Counted from the stretch's first letter, positions 19,175 through 29,940 are shown. The stretch: DNA of 64,000 nt from an uncultured Bdellovibrio sp. (GCA_963932905.1 CAWVRN010000002.1:224001-288000); one strand, 5' to 3'. The notes: generated by a model not told the origin, from the letters alone. A program made the numbers and translations.

Positions 19175-21178
19175 TTATTCAACTTTCTTAAGAACCATTT
19201 CCAGTGTGCGACGAGTGTTTTCTTGAACATTAACAACCTCACGCGCTTTCATTCCTAAAGAATTTGTTATCTCGACCACTAGATTTTGGTTGGCCGGGAC
19301 TTTGATTTCTTGTCTTAATTGGTAGGTACTTTTGTATTCATTGTTGATAACGATTTTATAGTCGCCCCCCGCGTAAAGGGCATCGATAATTAACCGAGCG
19401 TATTGCTCTTCTTGCAGATTTTCTTTGATAATCATGTTGTCTCCGTTGATTAAAACGGATCTTTCGACATCAAAGTACCCTTGCTTTCTAAATTTAATAC
19501 GAACATCGCCTTTAGATGCGATGTCTAGTTTCATCGGCGTACGACCTTGGAATACATTGTCTAGATAAATTTCTGCCTGTTTCGGTTCCGAATCGAAATG
19601 TACCGCGAATTTTCTAACCGTCGGAACTGCGACTGGTTTTGTAGTTTGGCCAATAGCCTCGCAAACGGATTTGTCGCCGTCTTTACATCTAGCAATACAC
19701 TCTTTCAGTTTTGGTTGTGATTTACACAACGCCACGGGAGACGGAGCCATATCGACTGGATTGTTTGATGAATTGTGACTCTCGCCCTTGTACGCAAACT
19801 GATACCAAGCTAATCCGCCAATAACCAAAGCGGCCATTAGAACTGGCATATAGAAACTAGATTCTTTTTTGGTTCTAGTTTTCTCGAAATTGTATCTAGT
19901 AGCGCGCGTTTTTGGCGAAGACGAGTGTGACAAAGATGTAATAGACGTTTTACCTTTATTTGGTTCCTCTTGACGGCTATCGCGTTTTTTCAATTTAACA
20001 TCAATGTTTTCATTGATATCTACATTCAATTGCAAGTTTTCAACGTTGTTTTCAGCCATACCTGAACTAGGCAAAATAGGGCTGCCCTCAGATTTTTTAG
20101 ATTGAGAGTCTTGATTAGAATTGCTGTTGCTACTGCTATTGTTTTGATTTTTGAATTTCTCATTTACACGGGTTACCGTGTTCGACTCAACACCATCATT
20201 AGGTTGTATATGCGAGAATTCTACTAGTTTCCCTTTTTGTTCAGAATAGGCATCAGCGAATGCGTGCTTGATGAAAACACTGAAATCTTGTGGAGAAAAC
20301 TCTGGATAATGTGTATTTAAAAATCTATTTAAGTCTCGGTGTAAAGCCGCAGAAGTTTGGTAACGAAGATTTTTATCTTTTGCTAGAGCTTTACTAACGA
20401 TTTTATCTAACTCTGGATGAATTGACGGATCGATCTTTCTTAACGACGGAATATTTGATTCGCGAATTTTTCTTAAGATAGCGGCTTCGGAACTGCCAGA
20501 GAATAGGCGATCTTTTGCAAGCAATTCCCAAAGAACAATCCCTAATGAGAAAACGTCTGTACGCAAATCAATGTTTTGGCCATCGGCTTGCTCAGGACTC
20601 ATGTAGCCAAATTTACCTTTTAAGGTTCCCGCTTTGGTGGCTTCTAGTTGTGTTTCTGCTTTAGCGATACCGAAATCGATGATCTTGATTTCACCTTCAA
20701 AGCTGACCATAACGTTTTGCGGGCTCATATCACGGTGAGTGATATTAAGCGGTTTACCAGTTGTGCCATCTAGGCAGCGATGTGCGTGATCTAATCCAGC
20801 GGAAACTTCCTTGATGATGTAAACGATTTGATCGATTTGGAAATGATTAGCTTTCTTTTTTAATTCGTTCAGAATTTGTCGTAGATTTCTACCTTCGACA
20901 TATTCCATAACCAGATAGAATTGATTTTTTTCGATACCAAATTCGTGGATGTGAACGACGTTACTGTGATTTAAATTCACGGCAATCTTCGCTTCTTCTT
21001 TGAACATCTCGATGAATTCTTCGTTATCAGAATATTGCGGAAGGATGCGCTTGATAGCCACAAACTTACTTACGCCATTGGCACCCGAGTTCTTTGCCAA
21101 ATAGACTTCGGCCATACCGCCGGAGGCAAGTTTCTCAAGGAGTACATATTTACCAAAACGTTCAAATGTGTGAGCCAT
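19175..21178 (-). CDS. Hanks-type Ser/Thr protein kinase with TM helix and extracytoplasmic PEGA domain
   Basis: ASGGMAEV, VAIK, HRDMSPQN, DFG, GKFGYMSPE; TM; SEPKQAEIYLD..GRTP PEGA motif. Confidence 0.93.
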   Translation of the reverse strand: MAHTFERFGKYVLLEKLASGGMAEVYLAKNSGANGVSKFVAIKRILPQYSDNEEFIEMFKEEAKIAVNLNHSNVVHIHEFGIEKNQFYLVMEYVEGRNLRQILNELKKKANHFQIDQIVYIIKEVSAGLDHAHRCLDGTTGKPLNITHRDMSPQNVMVSFEGEIKIIDFGIAKAETQLEATKAGTLKGKFGYMSPEQADGQNIDLRTDVFSLGIVLWELLAKDRLFSGSSEAAILRKIRESNIPSLRKIDPSIHPELDKIVSKALAKDKNLRYQTSAALHRDLNRFLNTHYPEFSPQDFSVFIKHAFADAYSEQKGKLVEFSHIQPNDGVESNTVTRVNEKFKNQNNSSSNSNSNQDSQSKKSEGSPILPSSGMAENNVENLQLNVDINENIDVKLKKRDSRQEEPNKGKTSITSLSHSSSPKTRATRYNFEKTRTKKESSFYMPVLMAALVIGGLAWYQFAYKGESHNSSNNPVDMAPSPVALCKSQPKLKECIARCKDGDKSVCEAIGQTTKPVAVPTVRKFAVHFDSEPKQAEIYLDNVFQGRTPMKLDIASKGDVRIKFRKQGYFDVERSVLINGDNMIIKENLQEEQYARLIIDALYAGGDYKIVINNEYKSTYQLRQEIKVPANQNLVVEITNSLGMKAREVVNVQENTRRTLEMVLKKVE

Positions 21179-21201
21179 TTAATCCCTTCTACTGCATTTA
21201 A

Positions 21202-21228
21202 CTATCGGTTTTTCTATAGTTACCTTAA
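21202..21228 (-). promoter_or_regulatory. Putative sigma28-type promoter of the Ser/Thr kinase
   Basis: Minus strand TTAAG-N14-ACCGATAG. Confidence 0.5.
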
Positions 21229-21344
21229 GAAAAGAATGTCTTTTTTAGCCTTGACCATAGTCCAAAAAAAATCGCTTTGACCTAAATAATTACAGGACAG
21301 ACGGGTTATTGATGTCTCATACTGAGATTAGAGTAGGAGGTTTA

Positions 21345-21953
21345 GTGCTTTGGGTTGGGATCACTGGTTCCATCGGGACTGGGAAGTCTACATTTTCAAA
21401 CTTGTTGCGAAAAAAAGGACACTTTGTCTTAGATGCTGATGTCTTGGCAAAGCAGAATTTGGAAAAAACAAGCCCCGCATTTGCCAAAATCGTCGCCGAG
21501 TTCGGTCGATCTATCCTGGATGCGAATGGAAATATAGATCGTGGAATTTTGGCAAAGATCGTTTTTTCCGATCGTCAAAAGCTGGAAAAATTAGAATCTA
21601 TTAGTCACCCGGAAGTTCAATTGGTTGTAGAGAAATCTAAAGACGAACATAGAAAAAACAATAAGAAATATCTATTTTACGACGTGCCGTTGTTGTTCGA
21701 AAAGAACATGGAAAAATCGTTTGATTTAGTTGTCCTGGTTACCTGTACTGTCGAAAATCAGATAAAAAGAATTAAAGCCCGAAACAATTGGTCCGACGAA
21801 GAAATACAGAAGCGGTTAGCCGCGCAGCTACCTTTATCTGAGAAAGAATCTAAAGCTCATGTTTTGATTAGTAATAATGGCGATTTGTCGCAATTGTCTC
21901 TTGAAGTAGACCGCTTTATTGCTTGGTTAAAGTCAACTCAAAACCAAGATTGA
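21345..21953 (+). CDS. coaE: Dephospho-CoA kinase
   Basis: GITGSIGTGKST, DADVLA, IDRGILA, HPEV, DVPLLFE; GTG 21345 follows AGGAGG. Confidence 0.93.
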   Translation: MLWVGITGSIGTGKSTFSNLLRKKGHFVLDADVLAKQNLEKTSPAFAKIVAEFGRSILDANGNIDRGILAKIVFSDRQKLEKLESISHPEVQLVVEKSKDEHRKNNKKYLFYDVPLLFEKNMEKSFDLVVLVTCTVENQIKRIKARNNWSDEEIQKRLAAQLPLSEKESKAHVLISNNGDLSQLSLEVDRFIAWLKSTQNQD

Positions 21954-22480
21954 AACGAAATCGAATACGCCAGGCCTTTTAATCCATAGTAAGCCTGCGC
22001 TTGAAAATAGGTCGCAAAGTCGATATAGAAATTGATTTTTGATTGATTGATATTCACCAAGTTAGAAACTCCGTCGCGCCCCCAGATGAACTGACTAAAA
22101 CCTATTCCGTAGTCGTTCCAAACCGGGTCCATCAGAAACAAACTGGAAAAATCAGATTGTAATTTTAGTTCGATACTTTCATTCGAAGCCAGTGATGCGC
22201 CCCAAACAAATGTGCGTTCAAATTCAAATTCACTACGTCGAGCAATACCAATTAGATAGTGCCAATCTGTTTCATGGTTGTCATTGAACGCACCACTCAG
22301 TCCACCAAACTGCAATCGAAAATTCTGGGGAGAGGTGGGGGGAAAAAAATCATCATTTTCATGTTTCAACACAGATTTGTCTTCGATGGGCGAGATAGTC
22401 GTTGGTGCTGATTGGGGAGCCGCATTAACACCGTTTAGCACGACGAAGGTCAAAAAAATGAAAATTATAAAACTACGCAT
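21938..22480 (-). CDS. Secreted/outer-membrane hypothetical protein
   Basis: Signal peptide, aromatic C-terminus (FQSWF). Confidence 0.6.
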   Translation of the reverse strand: MRSFIIFIFLTFVVLNGVNAAPQSAPTTISPIEDKSVLKHENDDFFPPTSPQNFRLQFGGLSGAFNDNHETDWHYLIGIARRSEFEFERTFVWGASLASNESIELKLQSDFSSLFLMDPVWNDYGIGFSQFIWGRDGVSNLVNINQSKINFYIDFATYFQAQAYYGLKGLAYSISFQSWF

Positions 22481-22534
22481 ACTAAAAAGTATAAATTGTT
22501 TTTACAATTTTTGTGAAGTGCTTATGGAGGATAA

Positions 22535-23713
22535 ATGAAAAAGTTAATACCTTTCGTAGGGGTTTGCCTTTTTTGGGGCCAAATGAGTTTGGCAGCCTAT
22601 GATGGGGTTTCTTATCGAATTCATCAACAATACCAATCGCCACGTGCGTTAGGTATGGGGAATGCGTTCGTTGCAGTGGCAAATGATTATTCGGCATTGT
22701 TTTACAACCCCGCAGGTTTAGCATTTCGTGAAAGCCACGAGGTCAATCTATCTTTCGATTTAGGTGCTACTGATGCCTTTGGTACATTTAGCAAAGACAT
22801 CTCTGATGCCGCGGCAACCAAGGGCTCCGAAACTGACAAACAAAACGCAATATTTAATGCGATTCAAAAGCAGTATGGAAAATCGTTCGGTGGACGTGTG
22901 ACGGCCCCTAATGGAATATGGGTCGGACAAGGTTGGGGTATCGGTTTTATTCCGGCAGATCTATCTATCGAGTTAACGCCGAATCAACCCGTATCTATCA
23001 GCTCGACAATGTATCTAGATACGACTTTGGCGTTAGGCTATGCGGATACATTCAAAGAAGTCGAAAATGCCAAGGTCGCTTGGGGAATCACCGGAAAAGT
23101 CGTCAATCGCGGGTACTTTAGTAAATCAGTAGATGCAATTGAGTTAGCTGCTGATTCAAATGTCGTTAAGACATCGGATTTAAAAGAAGGATATTTTATT
23201 GATGCGGATATTGGATTTTTATATAAACCACATATTCCCGACGATGACAGTCTGTTTTCGTGGTTTCGTTTAGCTCGACCAACGTTTGGTGCCGTGATTA
23301 AAAACGTAGTGGATGCCCAATCAGTAGGAAGTTTAAAGTTATTCAACAAAGAAGCTAGTGCCGATTCAAAACCGGCCAAGCTAACACGTGTAATTGATAT
23401 TGGAACCCGCTGGGAATACCCAAGCGCTTGGATTTTTGGTGGGCGTGGAACTTTAGATGTCAAAAACATTTTGCACCCAGCATTTAACTTCCATAAAGGA
23501 TTAAGTTTAGGTTTTGAATTCGATTGGACAGTAACAAATTGGTGGAAGGGCAGCTATCGAGTCGGCTTAGGCCAAGGTTATCTATCTGCCGGGTTATCAG
23601 CGATGTTCACTTGGTTTAATCTAGATTTGGTAACCTATGGCGAAGATGTGGGTACTTACAACACACCTAAAGAAAATCGCCTTTTCCTGTCTAGATTCTC
23701 GATGAATTTTTAA
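22535..23713 (+). CDS. Outer-membrane beta-barrel of the TraF_2/PorV/FadL-like group
   Basis: SPRALGMGNAF and FYNPAGL N-terminal motifs; C-terminal Phe. Confidence 0.7.
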   Translation: MKKLIPFVGVCLFWGQMSLAAYDGVSYRIHQQYQSPRALGMGNAFVAVANDYSALFYNPAGLAFRESHEVNLSFDLGATDAFGTFSKDISDAAATKGSETDKQNAIFNAIQKQYGKSFGGRVTAPNGIWVGQGWGIGFIPADLSIELTPNQPVSISSTMYLDTTLALGYADTFKEVENAKVAWGITGKVVNRGYFSKSVDAIELAADSNVVKTSDLKEGYFIDADIGFLYKPHIPDDDSLFSWFRLARPTFGAVIKNVVDAQSVGSLKLFNKEASADSKPAKLTRVIDIGTRWEYPSAWIFGGRGTLDVKNILHPAFNFHKGLSLGFEFDWTVTNWWKGSYRVGLGQGYLSAGLSAMFTWFNLDLVTYGEDVGTYNTPKENRLFLSRFSMNF

Positions 23714-24345
23714 GACTGAATGTTGTATTTCTTCGCCCTTTCCGAAAGGGCGCTCAGTTCTTTTACCAAATATTCGATTTGTTTAGGATCTGAATTTTGC
23801 CCCGAAGTCACTTGCGCTAACGATAGCGTCAGGGAATCTAGTTCATTAAGTGCTTTTTGATTTATAGAATACAGTTCTTCAAAATGAGCTAAATATTTTT
23901 GATGAATCTCTAGTTTGCTTTTTTCTGCGACCGTTAATGTATCAGAAGATTTCCTAGATAAGTCCTTTACACTGCCGACGTTGTTACCGATGAAAATTGT
24001 AACGTCTTTTAATTTTCGGAAATTTTCATATAGGCTCTGCTGAACTTGTTGTACGGGCTGAAGATAACGATCGTAGGTAATTTCGCTAGGGTTGAATTTT
24101 TGATTCAGTGTTTGTAAGTAAGAGTTATATTTGTTTTCGAGTTCATCAAACTGTTTTGAAATTTTCTCGCCATATTTTTCTGCGTTTTCTGTAAATTGAA
24201 GTTTGAACAGGTCTGATTTTAACACCTTTGTAGCGTCGTTAACGTTTTTGATTCCCGAGGCACTTGAATAGCCACGGCTCTTTTTGATCAAGGCCATGCT
24301 GACTAAAATTAACGCAGCTAAACCCAAAATTAAGAACCAAGTCAT
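23710..24345 (-). CDS. Membrane-anchored helical protein, possible XpaC-like TelA partner
   Basis: N-terminal TM, helical body with KFNPSEITYDRY; divergent from SPFH-telA. Confidence 0.45.
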   Translation of the reverse strand: MTWFLILGLAALILVSMALIKKSRGYSSASGIKNVNDATKVLKSDLFKLQFTENAEKYGEKISKQFDELENKYNSYLQTLNQKFNPSEITYDRYLQPVQQVQQSLYENFRKLKDVTIFIGNNVGSVKDLSRKSSDTLTVAEKSKLEIHQKYLAHFEELYSINQKALNELDSLTLSLAQVTSGQNSDPKQIEYLVKELSALSERAKKYNIQS

Positions 24346-24495
24346 AGAAGAATCTCCTTGATGAAAACTGGCTTCTATTAAAGCGGTTATTCAGCGTTTT
24401 GCAACAAGTTAAGCGTAAAGAGATGCTTTAAGAAGTTTATTGTCATTATTTTTAACTCCCTATATATTTTAGGGGCAACTCAAAGGGAGGCTGAT

Positions 24496-25470
24496 ATGGT
24501 TTTTGGTTTTTTTAAGAAGCAGATGCTTGATGTAATCGAATGGCCAGATGAAGCACCCGGAGTTTTAGCATACCGATATCCAATGCAAGATCGTGAAATT
24601 CAAAACGGTGCTCAATTGACGGTTCGTCAAACCCAGTTGGCGTTATTCGTAAACGAAGGGGTAGTTGCGGATTTATTTGGTCCTGGAATGCACACAGTGG
24701 AAACACGCAACTTACCAGTGCTTACTAATTTGCAAAACTGGGACAAGATGTTCCAATCGCCTTTTAAATCTGATTTGATTTTCTTTTCTACGAACGAACA
24801 AATCGATCAAAAGTGGGGAACGGCGTCGCCCATCACTGTGCGGGACAAAGATTTCGGTGTAGTTCGTATTCGTGCATTTGGTACATTCAGCTATCGCATT
24901 AAGAACCCAAAAGTGTTTTACCAAAAGCTCTCTGCCAACAAAGAAATTTTCATGGCGGGGGATCTAGAGGGCCAATTGAAATCAACAATCTTAACGTCGC
25001 TGGCGACCTACTTTGGGAAATCTCAAGTTTCTTTCTTGGATATGGCCGCTCACCAAGAAAACTTCTCGCAGACATTGAAAACAGAATTAGCTGATGATTT
25101 TGAAAATTATGGTTTAAGCTTGGAGTCTTTCTATGTGCAAAGTGTATCGTTACCTGAAGACGTTCAGGCACAAATCGACAAAATGGGTTCAATGAAAATT
25201 ACGGGCGATATGAAACAGTACACTCAGTTTCAAGCAGCCGATAGTTTGACTAAAGAAGGCAATGGTAGTTCGGCTGGTGTTGAGCTGGCGACGGCACTTG
25301 CATTAGGGCAAAATGTAGCTAAATCGATAGGCTCAGGTGAAGCCAGTGGACCGACGAATGATGATGTCTTAAAAACAATCGGTCAATTGCATGATTTAAA
25401 AACTAAAGGCGTAATTTCAGAATCTGAATTCGAAGCTAAAAAAGCAGAACTGTTAAAGCAAATCAAGTAA
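24496..25470 (+). CDS. SPFH/band-7 domain protein (YdjI-like) with C-terminal SHOCT
   Basis: GAQLTVRQ, FGPGMH, KWGT, RAFGTFSY; LHDLKTKGVISESEFEAKKAELL SHOCT motif. Confidence 0.85.
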   Translation: MVFGFFKKQMLDVIEWPDEAPGVLAYRYPMQDREIQNGAQLTVRQTQLALFVNEGVVADLFGPGMHTVETRNLPVLTNLQNWDKMFQSPFKSDLIFFSTNEQIDQKWGTASPITVRDKDFGVVRIRAFGTFSYRIKNPKVFYQKLSANKEIFMAGDLEGQLKSTILTSLATYFGKSQVSFLDMAAHQENFSQTLKTELADDFENYGLSLESFYVQSVSLPEDVQAQIDKMGSMKITGDMKQYTQFQAADSLTKEGNGSSAGVELATALALGQNVAKSIGSGEASGPTNDDVLKTIGQLHDLKTKGVISESEFEAKKAELLKQIK

Positions 25471-25481
25471 AAGGAGTTTTT

Positions 25482-26687
25482 GTGGACACTAAAACAGCAG
25501 ATAAAACACGCATTGATGATATTTTTTCTACGGAAACTATTAAAAAAGATTTAGCTTTGCCCGATGCAAATCAGCAACTTCAAGCAAGCCCTAATGTTCA
25601 AGCGAACTTGGAAAACAAAGCGACTGAATTCATCGACCGAATTATGAATTTAAATCCGCAAGACTACAAAGGTCGCGAAGACAACAAGGCGGCCGTTGAT
25701 ACATTTGGTTTAGATTTGCAGCGTGAGGCCGCTAAGAAAAGTGAATTATTAAAACAGCCAGTTAAAAAATTGTCAGATCGTTCGCAAGAAGGTGGTGAAG
25801 TTGCTAACTCGCTGATCAATTTGAAATTAAAAGTAGAAGAATTAGATCCAGCTAAGTTTAATTTTGAACCAGGATGGGTTTCAAGAACTCTTGGATTTCT
25901 TCCCGGAATCGGCGATCCACTAAAAAAATATTTTTCAAAATTTGAATCGGCTCAGGACGTAATTGCCGCTATCATCAAGTCACTTGAAAATGGTCGCGAT
26001 CAATTGCAGCGTGATAACATCACGTTGACGGAAGATCAAAAAAGTATGCGCGAGATCAGCGACAAGTTGACTCAAATGATCGCTTTATCACAAGTGATCG
26101 ATAACAAACTTCAATACAAATTAGAACGCGAAGTTGCGCCGGGATCTGATCAGCATAAATTTTTGAGCGAAGAGATTTTGTTCCCACTTCGTCAACGTAT
26201 CATCGATTTGCAGCAGCAGTTAGCAGTCAATCAACAGGGCGTGATAGCAACTGAAATCATCATGCGTAATAATAAAGAATTGGTGCGCGGGGTGAATCGC
26301 TCGTTAAATGTGACCGTCAGTGCTTTGCAAGTAGCAGCTACCGTTGCTATGGCATTAGCTAATCAAAAAATCGTGCTTGATAAAATCAACAGCGTTAACC
26401 AGACGACTAATGACCTTATCGCGGGAACCGCATCGCGTTTGAAAACTCAAGGTGTGGAAATCCAAAAGCAGGCCTCATCAGCAAGCCTAAACATGGATAC
26501 ATTAAAAGTGGCCTTTCAAGACTTGAAAACGGCGATGGATGATATTTCTACTTTCCGTCAGAAAGCCCTTCCTCAGATGGCTCAGGCTGTAATTGAAATG
26601 GAGAAATTGACTACGGAGGCGCAGGCGTCTATAGCAAAAATGGACAAAGGTAACCAAGCTAAACCGACACTAGCCATTGATACATAA
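25482..26687 (+). CDS. Toxic anion resistance protein TelA/KlaA family
   Basis: All-helical; KYFSKFESAQ..I, LQRDN, IDLQQQLAV, NNKELVRGV, NQKIVL. Confidence 0.85.
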   Translation: MDTKTADKTRIDDIFSTETIKKDLALPDANQQLQASPNVQANLENKATEFIDRIMNLNPQDYKGREDNKAAVDTFGLDLQREAAKKSELLKQPVKKLSDRSQEGGEVANSLINLKLKVEELDPAKFNFEPGWVSRTLGFLPGIGDPLKKYFSKFESAQDVIAAIIKSLENGRDQLQRDNITLTEDQKSMREISDKLTQMIALSQVIDNKLQYKLEREVAPGSDQHKFLSEEILFPLRQRIIDLQQQLAVNQQGVIATEIIMRNNKELVRGVNRSLNVTVSALQVAATVAMALANQKIVLDKINSVNQTTNDLIAGTASRLKTQGVEIQKQASSASLNMDTLKVAFQDLKTAMDDISTFRQKALPQMAQAVIEMEKLTTEAQASIAKMDKGNQAKPTLAIDT

Positions 26688-26702
26688 GGATTTGAGGTTT
26701 CA

Positions 26703-27734
26703 TTGAAGACAAGTTTCAATATTGAAAAAATTGAATTAGACAGCAATCGTAAAGCACAGATTTTAAAAAAGATCCCACTCATGGCCAGCAAAAAAGTTCT
26801 TGTCGTGGGTGATGTGGGCCTAGATGAATATATTATCGGCGCTGTGAAACGTATTTCCCCTGAAGCTCCGGTTCCTGTGATGGATGTTGAATCTGAAGAA
26901 AAACGCCTAGGCTTGTCAGCAAACGTAGCCCAAAATATTACAGCTTTAGGCGCCCAAGTCGGCATTCTATCGGTCGTTGGAAACGATTTTGGTGCAGATT
27001 TATTAAAACCGCTATTCAAAGAAGCTAAAATCCCTTGGGATCTTATGCAGGTCGATGATTCTCGTCCGACAACGCGCAAATCGCGTGTGATGGCGGGACC
27101 TCATCACATCGTTCGTATTGATTATGAATTAAAAAAATATTTATCGGAATCAGTTAGCGCGCGCGTGTTTAAAGCCTACTCCGAGGCGATCACCCAATAT
27201 GATGGAGTGATTTTGCAAGACTACGCTAAAGGTATTTTCGACGAGACGTTGATTCAAAAAATGATCGATGAAGCCAATCGAGTAAAGGTGCCGGTATTCG
27301 TAGATCCACACCGTACGCAACCATTAGGTTTCTACCGTGGTGCTTCGTTATTTAAACCGAACTACGATGAATCATTAGTTCTTGCGGGTTTCAATTTTGA
27401 AGACCTTCGCGAGAATCCAAATAAAGTCTATGAAATCGGACAAACTTTACAAAAAAAGTTGAATACTAAAGATATCGTTATTACTCGAGGTAAAGAGGGC
27501 ATGACGATTTTCTCGGGTGAAAGAATTACCGAGGTTCCGACGTTTGCTAAGCGAGTATTCGATGTTACGGGTGCTGGGGATACAGTTATTGCGACTATAG
27601 CGCTATCACAGGTTGCGGGCTTTTCATTAAATGAATCTTGCCTATTAGCAAACGTGGCTGCAGGCAATGTCGTTAGCAAAGTAGGCTGCGTGCCCGCTGA
27701 CCTGAAAGAGATGATTGAATTTATTTCACACTAG
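26703..27734 (+). CDS. hldA: D-glycero-beta-D-manno-heptose-7-phosphate kinase (RfaE domain I / HldA)
   Basis: GDVGLDEY, RISPEAPVPV, QDYAKG, DVTGAGDT; no adenylyltransferase domain. Confidence 0.88.
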   Translation: MKTSFNIEKIELDSNRKAQILKKIPLMASKKVLVVGDVGLDEYIIGAVKRISPEAPVPVMDVESEEKRLGLSANVAQNITALGAQVGILSVVGNDFGADLLKPLFKEAKIPWDLMQVDDSRPTTRKSRVMAGPHHIVRIDYELKKYLSESVSARVFKAYSEAITQYDGVILQDYAKGIFDETLIQKMIDEANRVKVPVFVDPHRTQPLGFYRGASLFKPNYDESLVLAGFNFEDLRENPNKVYEIGQTLQKKLNTKDIVITRGKEGMTIFSGERITEVPTFAKRVFDVTGAGDTVIATIALSQVAGFSLNESCLLANVAAGNVVSKVGCVPADLKEMIEFISH

Positions 27735-27767
27735 CTTTTTGAGTCGAAAACAGGCATACCTCTGGGC

Positions 27768-28934
27768 ATGCAAACAGAGTCTCAAACTACTGAAACTGAA
27801 GCGGTAACTGCGTCTAGCGCAGTGCCAAGTTCTAGAAACTTCTTCGCCCTAACTTTGGGTGATTTAGAGGCTCTTTTTAAGTCTTTCGGTAAAGAAAAAT
27901 TCCGCGCACAGCAAATCTACAAATGGGTCTACGATAAAAACGTGACTGATCCAGAACAGATGTCGAATTTATCAAAAGACTTCCGTGTTGAATTGAAAAA
28001 CATGATTCAGTTCGACCTTCCTAAAGTGGTTAAACATTTAGTCAGCAAAGACGGCACTCAAAAATTCCTATTTGATGTAGGTGATGGCAAAACGGTTGAG
28101 TCCGTAGTTATTCCAGCGGAAGATCGTCAAACATTGTGTATCTCATCCGAGGTGGGCTGTAATATGGCCTGCAAGTTTTGTTTTACTGGAAAACAAAAAT
28201 TGCAAAAGCGTTTAACGGCTGACCAAATCGTTGGTCAGTTCTTGCAGGTTCAAAGAGCAATGCCGGAAGGCCATCGCTTGACGAATGTTGTGTTCATGGG
28301 GATGGGCGAGCCTTTAGATAATTCAGATGAAGTATTTAAAGCGATCGAAATTTTGAATTCGCCATGGGGAACTAATTTTTCTCGTCGCCGCGTAACTGTG
28401 TCTACATCAGGTATCGTTCCAGAAATGCATAAAATCTGGGAAAATAAAACTCGTCTCGCGGTCAGTTTGAATGGGTACGATGATGAAAACCGTACTTCAA
28501 TCATGCCGATCAATAAAAAATACCCGCTGAAAGATCTATTAAAAGCGTGTGAAGTGTACGCTAAAGAAACGGGTGAGCGTGTAACGTTTGAATACGTTTT
28601 GCTTAAAGGGATCACGGATCAACTTGAACATGCAGAAAAATTGTTTCATTTAACGAAGCACATTCCGTGCAAGATCAATATTATCCCATTCAATGAACAT
28701 CCCGGTTCAGGGTTTGAACGTCCATCTGATTCGCAAGTAATGAAGTTTCAGCAATTGCTGATCGGTAAAGGTGCGCACGTATTGTTACGTCGTACGATGG
28801 GTCGTGATATTTTTGCAGCTTGTGGACAGTTACGAAGTGAATTTGAAAGTCATCCACAGCAGATGGACACGTCGAATTCCAAATTGATTCGTACTTTACA
28901 TTTAAAATCTAATTCACTATCGTCACATACATAA
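27768..28934 (+). CDS. rlmN: Radical-SAM 23S rRNA/tRNA m2A methyltransferase RlmN
   Basis: CNMACKFC, MGMGEP, AACGQL. Confidence 0.95.
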   Translation: MQTESQTTETEAVTASSAVPSSRNFFALTLGDLEALFKSFGKEKFRAQQIYKWVYDKNVTDPEQMSNLSKDFRVELKNMIQFDLPKVVKHLVSKDGTQKFLFDVGDGKTVESVVIPAEDRQTLCISSEVGCNMACKFCFTGKQKLQKRLTADQIVGQFLQVQRAMPEGHRLTNVVFMGMGEPLDNSDEVFKAIEILNSPWGTNFSRRRVTVSTSGIVPEMHKIWENKTRLAVSLNGYDDENRTSIMPINKKYPLKDLLKACEVYAKETGERVTFEYVLLKGITDQLEHAEKLFHLTKHIPCKINIIPFNEHPGSGFERPSDSQVMKFQQLLIGKGAHVLLRRTMGRDIFAACGQLRSEFESHPQQMDTSNSKLIRTLHLKSNSLSSHT

Positions 28935-28960
28935 ATTTTAAAAAACAGAAGGGGACTTGA

Positions 28961-29884
28961 ATGTCACAATTATTAGTTGTTGGATCACTTGCCTATGATT
29001 CAATCCAAACTCCGTCCGGAAAAGCAGATAAAACTTTAGGCGGTTCAGCTAACTATTTCTCTTTGGCAGCCAGCTTATTTGCCTCTGTGCGCGTTGTCGG
29101 CGTAGTGGGTGAAGATTACTCTCAGGCTGATAAAGAAATGCTACTAGCGCGCAAAGTAGATCTATCTGGCCTTGAAACAGTTCCTGGTAAGACATTTCAC
29201 TGGGAAGGCAAATACGAAGGCGATATGAACGAAGCTAAGACGTTAAAAACAGAATTGAATGTGTTTGAACACTTCAATCCTAAGTTACCGGCGTCGTTCA
29301 CGGAAACTCCATTCGTGTTCCTTGCGAACATTGCTCCTGAATTACAAACTCAAGTTCTATCGCAAATCAAAAGTCCAAAATTCGTTGGTATGGATACAAT
29401 GAACTTCTGGATTCAATCGAAAAAAGAAGCGTTGTTAAAAGTTCTAGCTAAAGTGGACGTTGTTTTGATCAACGAAGGTGAAGCAGATCAATTGACAGGC
29501 GCTAAGAATGCGATCGAAGCGGCTCCTAAAATCTGCGCGATGGGTCCACAGTACGTAGTTATCAAGCGTGGTGAATACGGTTTTGTATTGTACTCTAAAA
29601 CGGAAGGTTTCTTCTTATTGCCGGCGATGCCAGTACCTAACGTTGTTGACCCAACTGGCGCGGGAGATACGTTTGCGGGCGGCTTCTTTGGTTACTTGAC
29701 TTCATTCAACCAAAAACCAACATTTGAAGATCTTAAAAAAGCGTGTGTAGTCGGAACAATGTGTTCCAGCTTCACAATCCAAAACTTTGGCGTGAAGGCG
29801 ATCGTTGAAGTGAATAAAGAAAAACTTAAAGCCCGCTACGCCGAATTCAAAAAATCAGTGGGCTTAATCGAACCAAGTCTTTAA
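28961..29884 (+). CDS. PfkB-family carbohydrate/nucleoside kinase
   Basis: LGGSANY, DTMNFWI, DPTGAGDTFAGG. Confidence 0.9.
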   Translation: MSQLLVVGSLAYDSIQTPSGKADKTLGGSANYFSLAASLFASVRVVGVVGEDYSQADKEMLLARKVDLSGLETVPGKTFHWEGKYEGDMNEAKTLKTELNVFEHFNPKLPASFTETPFVFLANIAPELQTQVLSQIKSPKFVGMDTMNFWIQSKKEALLKVLAKVDVVLINEGEADQLTGAKNAIEAAPKICAMGPQYVVIKRGEYGFVLYSKTEGFFLLPAMPVPNVVDPTGAGDTFAGGFFGYLTSFNQKPTFEDLKKACVVGTMCSSFTIQNFGVKAIVEVNKEKLKARYAEFKKSVGLIEPSL

Positions 29885-29887
29885 AAA

Positions 29888-29940
29888 GGTGCCAGGCTAC
29901 ATTTACGGACGCCCTGCGTCCGTAAATGTAGCCTGGCACC
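29888..29940. repeat. Perfect 25-bp inverted repeat between convergent genes (REP-like / bidirectional terminator)
   Basis: GGTGCCAGGCTACATTTACGGACGC-cct-GCGTCCGTAAATGTAGCCTGGCACC, flanked by A-rich and T-rich tracts. Confidence 0.9.

Noticed and set aside
22535..23713. TraF-like gene as a sign of a conjugative element
   Set aside because: No other tra genes, relaxase or T4SS genes; the motif is shared with generic outer-membrane barrels
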